64,000 nt of DNA from Octopus vulgaris. Lineage: Eukaryota. The stretch is from the NCBI GenBank assembly GCA_951406725.2, contig OX597821.1, forward strand, positions 105,152,001 to 105,216,000, given 5' to 3'. The translations under genes were made by a program, and so were the position numbers. The notes under the pieces were generated by a model, which was not told the origin of the DNA, did no database searches, and was given only the letters and a program-made list of their open reading frames with translations. Shown in pieces: positions 55,393-64,000 of this stretch (position 1 is its first letter; each line of letters begins with the position of its first letter).

Positions 55393-56871
55393 AGTATATA
55401 TGTATGTATGTGTGTTTATGTGTATGTGTATGTGTGGATTAGGCTAGTATTTATCACTGAATTTTCCTTCTATGTGCAAAAGTAGTTTGTATATGCATAT
55501 ATGGTTGTACCTGTATGTACACGAATAATTTGTTACGTATAAAATTATGTATGACATAATTCTGTACGTGTAGATAGCCATATACATACGATGTCAATCT
55601 ATTTACCTTTTACATTTTAATATTTTTATAATTTTTATAAATATAAGAAATAAAAGCACAATTTTTTCCCGTTATTTGTTATCTCTCCGAAACTACACAT
55701 AACTCTAAATATTTTTTAGCTTTTTTCCACAATTATACAAAACTCTTTTCGTTATTATTATATATAATTTTTCTATACCGCTCCATAGATGATTATATAT
55801 GGTATAATCATCTATGGATTATAGATGATGTAATTGAAGCAGATAATATAATTGTATTTCCCCTCGTCTTCATTATTTTAATTTCTCACTTTTAATTATT
55901 ATTATTTTTTATTTTATTAACTGTCTTTTAGTATCTACCTCTTCATATATCCTTCTACCAGTTTAACTAAATTCCATATTACACTTATGCGTTTCTATAA
56001 AAATTAGACATATTATTTACGAAAAACATTTCAATTATAAATATTATAAACCAGAAATTATTTATGATTACTACTAAACACTGTTTTCTAATTAATTACA
56101 AAACCGTATTCATTATTGATGGTTGAAGTGTCTCCAGTATTTCAAAATTCTTTACGTCTTTATTTGGTTTGTCTTTTCCTTAAAATACAGCCTCACCAGT
56201 TGTTTACTACATATATAGAATTTTTAAATTAGCTCCTTTGTAGAAATCTATAGAGAGAATGTAACACTTATTAATATTATATATATACCAGCACCCAAGT
56301 GTAATCTTTTGGTGTAGTTTGAATAGACATGACTGGAGCAATAGCACATTACAAAAATGGGCACTAACAACATACTTCAGCAATTATAACGTCTTTTTAG
56401 ATTTTATGTTATTTTTTGGCTAATGACGAGTACTTTTTGACGAATCAGATTATTAAAATTAATTTATTGTGTTTCTGTATGAAACGATCGAATACATGCA
56501 TGAAAACCTATCATCCATATTAACATCTAATCTAATATATATATATAGTATATAGTCAATTCAAATTATTTAAACAAAAGAATATTAAATAAGATTAAAA
56601 AACGAGAGAACGTTCACAATGGGTGTATAAATTGGTTCAATTTCTGGTAATAGAGCGTACACTTGACCGATGACCGATAAAATTGGTACCAGTCTTTACC
56701 AAAATAATATATACATGTGCCCATATTTTCCGACTAAAATTCTTCAGCGCATTTCCTTGAACGACAAGAGAATTTTCGGATCTTAGGAAGGAAAATCTTG
56801 GAAATAGAACATGTTAAACTAGGACTAACTAAAAGTCATATGAGAATCATGGACATGCAAAAACAATAATG

Positions 56872-57272
56872 TTTTCTACTCTAGGCCCAATGCTCGAAAT
56901 ATTTGTGGGTAGGACCAGTCGATTTGATCGATCCCCATACGGAACTGGTACTTATTTATCGACCCCGTAATTATGAAAGGGAAAGTCGACCACGGCGGAA
57001 TTTGAACTCAGAACGTAGAGACAGACGAAATATCTATTTCTTTACTACACACAAGGGGCTAAACACAGAGAGTACAAACAAGGACAGACAAACGGATTAA
57101 GTCCATTACATCGACCCCAGTGCGTAACTGGTACTTATTTAATCGACCCCGAAAGTATGAAAGGCAAAGTCGACTTCGGCGGAATTTGAACTCAGAACGA
57201 ACCGGCAGACGAAATACCGCTAAGCATTGCGCCCGGCGTGCTAACGTTTCTGTCAGCTCGTAGCCTTCATAG
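56872..57272 (-). mobile_element. Dimeric SINE with 16-bp TSD
   Basis: Two related monomers (56905-57035, 57050-57270); TSD tgcaaaaacaataatg at 56856-56871 and 57273-57288. Confidence 0.9.
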
Positions 57273-57689
57273 TGCAAAAACAATAATGAAAAAGAAAATT
57301 GTTTCTATTACTATTAGTATTAATAGAAAACAAAAGCAAAAAAAAAACAAATGGGTATTTGGTGGTCTAATAAATAATTTTAATTATTCAGTAAGTCTGG
57401 CGTAGTGTCAACAATAATTAATAGCTATTAGATTAATAATTAATCAACCAATTACTTTATATTTTGTTAGCGGTTCTGATTTTGGCCTATGGCTTTTGCT
57501 AAAATCAATTTTTAAAAATATTTTTGAACGCTCGAATAATACAAACTCAACCTTCGCCTCGCCCCCTCCTCCTCCTCCTCCTCCTCCTACTACTGAAAAC
57601 AATAACAACGACAACAATTATAATAGTGAAAACGATAACAATAATCGCCCCTCTGTATGGTGTGTGGCAGCAAAAACGAAACAATAAAA

Positions 57690-57960
57690 AAATATTGTGA
57701 GTGAGTGTACTAAGCTGGCCCAAAAGCACTACGAAAGGAGGCATGAAAACGTACTTAAGTTTTTTCACTGGATACTATGTGAAAACTACGGCCTAAATAG
57801 ATGAGGTAAATATTACGAGCAAGAAACAGGAGTCACCGAGGACAAGGAACATAAGATAGTGTGGAATTTTGCATTACAATGTAGCTCCGTAATTGACGCT
57901 CAGAGGCCAGACATTGTTGTGGTTAACAATAACCAAGTTCGAGAAATGTCAGAGAAATAT
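57690..57960 (+). mobile_element. R4/Dong LINE endonuclease-region fragment
   Basis: VSECTKLAQKHYERRHENV..FHW.LC...KIVWNF.LQ...VIDAQRPDIVVV. Confidence 0.85.
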
Positions 57961-58029
57961 TAATTGATATGAGAGCAGGGCGATTCCAAATATTTGGACT
58001 GCTGGGCTTAGCTAGGGTTTTGAAACTGG

Positions 58030-58800
58030 TACTTTTGTGCTGAATGTCTTCCACGATAATTAACAACCAATTATCAAAGATTATACTGTGAAAGAAGAGA
58101 CCCTTTCATGATGATGTATGGATCTCCTGTCACTGCTACGTCGAATATTAGGCACTATTGTTTGTCCCTCCTAAATGTTACAATATCTAGCCTTCAATAC
58201 TCTAAGACTTTTTCTCTCTGGAAATCAAATTCCGAAAGGATGTTTGCTTCTCCCTCTTCGTCCATTACGTTTTCCGCTGTATGTTGGTACCAAGCACGCG
58301 TAACCTCATATCCATACTTACGATGTAGTAGCCAGTGGAGGTTTTGGCTACTTTGTCGTGCATACGATTGTACTCTTTCTGCTCAAGACATTCACAAGCA
58401 CTTATAATGTGAGTCACATTTTAGATCCTCTTCCTACACATTCTGAAGTGGTTCAATTCACTTGTGTGTTACATATTCTTTTTCACTGAGTTGGCATTCA
58501 ATGGCCAGTCCTCGGCCGCGATGATGAGGCTTTTAGTATTCCTTTTAGGTCACCCTTCTTGAGCCACCACCATGATACCTCCTGGCATTTTAATTTGTTT
58601 GTTTCACGGTGGAACTCACCATATAATTCGACATGGAGTAGGGTTTCATCTCTCTCGTTGGCTGTTCTTGTTCGAAATTTATAAGCAATCACAAGTCCAT
58701 TTTTGTTAACTCCTTCTGCACTAGCAGCATAACGCACCAGGTCTTCTTTGCTGTTCTCTCCCCCTGCAATTTACTCTTTTCCCCAACTTCAAAGTAAGCA
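58030..58800 (-). mobile_element. R4/Dong LINE C-terminal fragment
   Basis: LYGEFHRE...SWWWLKKGDLK and HIISACECLEQKEYNRMHDKVA. Confidence 0.82.
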
Positions 58801-58899
58801 CCGCACTATTCAGTGACCTTATTTTATCACGTGATTTCACTGCATTACCGAGCGCAGCTCTGTGTGCCTTGGGTATGTGCTGTAGTAAATCGTGGAGCT

Positions 58900-59115
58900 C
58901 TTATTTTCACTGTTTTGAAAATGTTTTACGTTGGATATTTGTGGTATCTAGGGGTGCTATTTTCTGTATGTTACATATACTTTGAAGTCCGGCTGATTTT
59001 GTTATGTATTTGTTTGAATGTTTTTTATCATACCTAATGCGCCTACTGTAATAGTAATTGTTTCTGTTTTTAGGCTTCAAATTCGAGTTACCTCCATTTC
59101 CAAATCTCAAAGTTC
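58900..59115 (-). mobile_element. R4/Dong LINE extreme C-terminal fragment
   Basis: KTETIITTVGALGMIK resembles the Dong IVGALGMI motif. Confidence 0.6.
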
Positions 59116-59529
59116 TCTGAATAAGTGTTGCTTAAGGATGTTGAACGAAACACCTATTTTCCCTAAAGGTGAATTATTCAAGCCCCAATGAATTTCTCTT
59201 AACACATACCTATGATGCTTCTGTCCCTGATCAGTGATGCACGTAACGTCATTCTCTAAGAAACATTCTCAACTGATTATGGTCAAACAACACAACTGAC
59301 AAGGAAATATATGGCATTGTGCAGAATGTAATCTGTAAACCATCTTTTATAACACATGAGTTAATATCAGAAGCCATGCATCGGAAGAATCGATGGCATG
59401 AGGGACAAAGTAATTTGCAAAATAACATCTTTCGGGTTAGATAAAATAAATACAATTGAATTATCGGGGTTAATGTAATCGAATTGTCATTTCCCCGAAA
59501 TGACAGTCCTGCTGTCTTCAGTAGAAAGG

Positions 59530-59578
<49 letters not shown>

Positions 59579-59579
59579 G

Positions 59580-60125
59580 TTAGTCAGAGAGCAGTGTATG
59601 GGGGGGGGGAAATATACGAAGCCCAGTATACCCATCATGACTAAACATCAGGTAAGGGTACACAAGACACATGCATCACAATCAAATGTACGCGACATGG
59701 TGATCTCATATCAAGATAAACAGCGTATGACCTTGCAGGTGGAGCCCAGTTAGAAATTTCTTCTGGCCAAGTAGCCCATCCCGCTCAAAAGGTCCCTGAA
59801 TAAGGATTGATTAAGAATGTAGAACGAACCACCTATGTTTCCAAAGGTGAATTATCAAAACCTCTAAGAATTCCTTTCAACACATGGCTATGATGCTCCC
59901 CCACAACTTCTGCTTGCGATCAGAGATGCACATATCGTCAGCCATTACGGGACATGCTCAACTGGTTAAGGTGAATCAACTGACAAGCAAATGTGTGGTA
60001 TTGAGCAGAATATTTGCTGTAGCCCATCATTTATACCAAGACAAAACAATATACATAACACTTCCAATCATTTAAGATCAGAAGCCATGAGATCCACTCT
60101 CTGGTACTGCATCAGGGCACTAATT
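59580..60125. mobile_element. ~545-bp non-coding element embedded in (ATT)n
   Basis: (ATT)n on both sides; related copies at 16125-16265, 19388-19850 and 59130-59400. Confidence 0.85.
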
Positions 60126-60704
60126 ATTTATTTTTTTTTAGTTTTATTATTATTATTGTTATCATTATTATTATTAATATTATTACTATTATTATTATTA
60201 TTATTATGTTGATGATGATGCGCGTAAAATATGTTAATAGTTAAGTTTTTTTTTTTTTTGTATTAATGTTGTTTGGTAAGGAAATGATTTTATCCGTCCA
60301 CTTCCTTTAATTTATCAAATGATTCATCAATGTAAAATTTTAATTGATTCCTTCAAAAGTTTAATGAATATAAATATTTAATGCATATTCTAACTAATTT
60401 TACACTCATATTCTCGTTTATTAATTTTTGTTCGCTCTTATTTTCTCTATCGTATTTTTTTTAATTTTCAGATGAAGAGATTCATTGATTTCTGTTGACA
60501 TAGTCAACTGGTAGTATAATGAGTATATGAACAAAATATATTTTATCCCAAACGATGAAACGTTAGTGTATCTTAAAATAGCAAAATAGAACAGTGACTC
60601 ATTCGTATGTTGCTCAAATCTAACCAATATATCGCAGCCATAACTTATGCTTTCATTTGAATATATTTTTAAACATATCGGAATATGAAAAGGGAACAAT
60701 ACTT

Positions 60705-60940
60705 ATGTCATTATTGCCCACGAGGGGATAAACATAGAGGGGACAAACAAGGACAGACAAAGGGATAAAGTCGATTACATCAACCCTAGTGCGTAACTGG
60801 TACATAATTTATCGACCCCGAAAGGATGAAAGGCAAAGTCGACCTCGGTGGAATTTGAACTCAGAACGTAAAAGGCAGACGAAATACGGCTATGCATTTC
60901 GCCCGGGGTGCTAACGTTTCTGCAAGATCGCCGCCTTTTG
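60705..60940 (-). mobile_element. SINE with 16-bp TSD
   Basis: TSD aaagggaacaatactt at 60689-60704 and 60941-60956. Confidence 0.92.
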
Positions 60941-60959
60941 AAAGGGAACAATACTTCGC

Positions 60960-62168
60960 AACCGTCTCGATTCGACGAGCTCAGTAAATGATAACGGATA
61001 TGTGAGCGGCTTCAAAATTGCTATACAATGTCTACATACAGACGAGTCAAACTTCAAAGTTATCATAAAGTTTGACCGAACGCCTATCGGAGAGCACCAC
61101 GGATGCTTTAACCAACACCAAAATGACGTAATTGCAGTTCTACTCTGCCCTCAAGATGAAGCCACACCATCGGTTACATCCTTCACCAATTCATCAATAT
61201 TTTTGAAAGCTACCCCCTTCACCAATAAATCAATCTGCTTTTTCATGTCAACTCTTTAGCAGTTGTTTTGACACACCGACGTGGGTCGGCGCGGGATGGT
61301 CTGGGATGGTCCACAAGAGTTTACATCCTCGTGGTGTAAGATGGGCAACATTCTGACTTTGCATTATTTACATTTGACGGATATTTGTCCTCGTCTTGTT
61401 TGTGGGTGTCGCAGCGTTTCGGCTGATATACGTTGTGTTAACAACAAGCAAGATGAGGACAAATATCCGTCAAATGTAAATAATGTAAATAATGTACATA
61501 ATTCCACATCTTTTAAATATAGAACTGTATTCTGACTTTGGTCTGAATGGCAAAAATCTCGAATACAATGCAATTATTCTCCAATTTTCGTCGTGTGTTA
61601 ATGGCGGACAGGATCCTTTTTAATTCTTCATGATGGCTCATTAGTGACTGTCGTTATGTGTAAGGGGACAACTCTAAATAAAGTCTCTGCTCACAATAAG
61701 GCACATCATGGTTATTTTGAGTACGTATATCCATCTATCCTGCTAACTTTTACCGTCAGTACAACTTCATAATTATCAGTCTGCCTTTCAACGAGACATA
61801 TTTTCACTGCGAACTGCTGATAATTCAAAGCAGTATTCGTGAACTGAAGTGAAAGTCTTCATGTCTTCTTTTTAAAGGTTTCATGTAAAACAAATATATT
61901 TTGTAGTCATTATCCGTAATCTACTCCCAAAACGTTTCAGTAGCTCTACATTTCATCTCTTGCAAACTTATATATGTTCTATGATCATCAAAGGGCAACG
62001 ACCTCCAGAATAACCAAACCAAACTTCAATTTGGTTTCCAGTTTCTAAGTTAATCGGAAACATAGTTTGCTGTGCTACTCAAAAACCTTCTCGGTAGTAC
62101 AATTATTTCGTGAAAGAAATACCACCAAAGACACTTAAACCGTCCAGAGCATGGTTTGCGTTTGCTAG
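60960..62168 (+). mobile_element. Helitron remnant (Rep-proximal coding piece and 3' end)
   Basis: FKVIIKFDRTPIGEHHGCFN..QNDVIAVLL resembles FKVVI.ADK.P.GEH.RRFNAP..EVA; hairpin aaaccgt..atggttt then CTAG|T at 62165-62169. Confidence 0.6.
61369..61478. repeat. Inverted repeat with ~35-bp arms
   Basis: tacatttgacggatatttgtcctcgtcttgtttgt versus acaagcaagatgaggacaaatatccgtcaaatgta. Confidence 0.9.
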
Positions 62169-62170
62169 TG

Positions 62171-62221
<51 letters not shown>

Positions 62222-62619
62222 GTGCTATAAGGTGTTGCAAAATTTCGAGAATCTGTGTTTTATAATAAATCATTTCAAATCAACAAGTTGTGTGGTGTCG
62301 ATATTGCAGTTATGTTAATACGAGCAATATAACACGTTTTATCCAATTCAATAATACTAATATCTAAGGCACACACAACTGCGCTCACTAGTGCGGTGTA
62401 ATCACGTGATAAAAATAAGACTACTGAATTATAACAACAACAATAATAATAACAATAAAAACAACAGCAATAATACTAAGTGAGTTTATTTCACCAAAGA
62501 TGAAATCAGTAGCAAAGCAAAATGCACTTGAACAATTGGCTCATATGAGGGAATACAACCTCTGCATGGCAAATATTCGGACCGTAGCAAACAATCTGAC
62601 ACCATCCCCAGTCCTCAAC

Positions 62620-62762
62620 GGGTGCTTAATTTATCGACCCCGAAAGGGTGAAATGCAGAGTTTGAACTTCGTACGTAGCAGCAGACCAAATAGCTATTTG
62701 TTTACTACCCACAAGGTGCTAAACACAGAGGGGACAAACGAGGACAGACAAACGGATTAAGT
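62620..62762 (-). mobile_element. SINE interrupted by the LINE (resumes at 63982)
   Basis: ggacagacaaacggattaagt ... aagtcgattac matches the uninterrupted junction in 57081-57110 and 60750-60780. Confidence 0.88.
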
Positions 62763-63981
62763 GACCAACTTAAAAGTAATGGAAGAATTGGTGACGCGCA
62801 TCCTCGATGATAGTGATGCTGTTGACATCGTTTTACTGGACTTTGCCAAAGCTTTTGACTCGGTAAACCACCGCCTATTACTTGTCAAGCTTCAAGCATA
62901 TAGTTTCCATCCGGATATTGTACGATGGGTTGGTGCCTTCCTCTCAGATCGCTCCTTCCAAGTCCAAGTTAATGGTTCGCGGTCCGACGTCTCCAGTGCG
63001 AGCAGTGGCGTGCCTCAAGGTTCAGTGCTTGGGCCCTTGTTGTTCTTAGTCTTCATAAATGACTTGCCCGACGACCTCACGCAACACACCCTTCTATTTG
63101 CCGACGATATCAAACTGGTCGCTCCTCGCGGTAATATAGAGGGTCTTCGTCGATGCCTCCACCAAATTTGGAAGTGGTCTAACGATTGGGACCTGTGTCT
63201 GAACGTGTCAAAGTGCTGTCATCTGCCTGTCGGCTCTACTCCTGCAACTCAACTTGATTTCGAGCCGGGTCGTCTGCTGCTGGAGAGGACCGATCAGGTA
63301 AAGGACCTAGGTATCTTGGTGGATTCCTCCTTTTCGCCTTCGGCCCAGTGCGTCCATGCTGCCAACAAAGCACGCGGAATTCTGTACTTGATTCGACGGT
63401 CATTCGAAATGCTCACAGAAGCCATATTCCTACCACTCTATGTCACGCTGGTGAGACCCATATTGGAGTATGTGATTCAAGCCTCTTCTCCTTATCTCCT
63501 CAAAGACATACAGCATCTCGAAAGAGTCCAGAAGCTGGCTACCCGCATGGTTCATGGTCTCAAAAATTTGTCCTACGAAGAAAGGCTGAGGACGCTCGAC
63601 CTTTATTCTCTTGAAAAACGCCGCCGCCGTAGTGATCTTATTCTCGCCCACAACATCATAAGCGGAAAGTGTAACCTCTCGAAAGAGCTGTTCTTCACTC
63701 CTGCTCCAGAGCGTCGGCTGCGGGGTCATTCCGAAAAGCTCTACCTGCGACGATTTCAACTCAATCGAAGGAGAAGAGCTTTCTCCGTCCGGGTTGCGGA
63801 TCCGTGGAACAAGCTGCCAGACGAGATGGTGAAGATGCCGACGACCGCTTTGTTCAAAGCCTCCCTGGACCTCAAGTGGCCTGAACTCTTTACATGAACA
63901 CCACCCTGTACTTAACTCCATGTCCCCCTACATGGCCTTGCTATTTGCTTTTGAGCCAAATTAACTAACTAACTAACTAAC
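62763..63981 (+). mobile_element. Young 5'-truncated LINE (CR1/L2-group RT), 378 codons open
   Basis: LDFAKAFDSVNH, SGVPQGSVLGPLLF, FADD, LYSLEKRRRR; stop at 63897; 3' tail (AACT)n. Confidence 0.96.
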
Positions 63982-64000
63982 AAGTCGATTACAGCGACTC

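Noticed and set aside
55782-55818. Perfect 16-bp-arm hairpin (similar 14-bp arms at 20552-20618)
   Set aside because: Real but short and AT-rich, with no evidence of function.
56712-56745. Minus-strand CTGAAGA...GAAA
   Set aside because: Stem II and cleavage triplet not supportable.
63348-63921. Overlapping alternative-frame and antisense ORFs
   Set aside because: Shadows of the LINE RT frame.

Overview
AT-rich, microsatellite-dense eukaryotic DNA with no intact host protein-coding gene. The repeat make-up (tRNA-headed SINEs, R4/Dong LINEs in (TAA)n, Penelope-like elements, Helitrons) fits an invertebrate, most likely an octopus-type cephalopod; this is an inference. Most ORFs in the track are (TA)n/(CA)n/(GAA)n artefacts. 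Supported coding remnants are transposon-derived: three 5'-truncated CR1/L2/Jockey-group LINEs, two decayed Penelope elements (RT plus GIY-YIG), several R4/Dong pieces, mariner pieces and Helitron Rep/helicase pieces. Two signals are not explained by the ORF track. (1) About a dozen type I hammerhead-ribozyme motifs with minimal palindromic stem III: two near-canonical (34127-34220, 38322-38395), the rest variant or decayed, some inside short non-coding repeats or fold-back palindromes. (2) A decayed multi-exon minus-strand gene for a secreted EGF-repeat protein (candidate exons 1.8-18.2 kb), with a promoter and first-exon signature at about 45.8 kb. All calls were made by eye, and boundaries of decayed elements are approximate.
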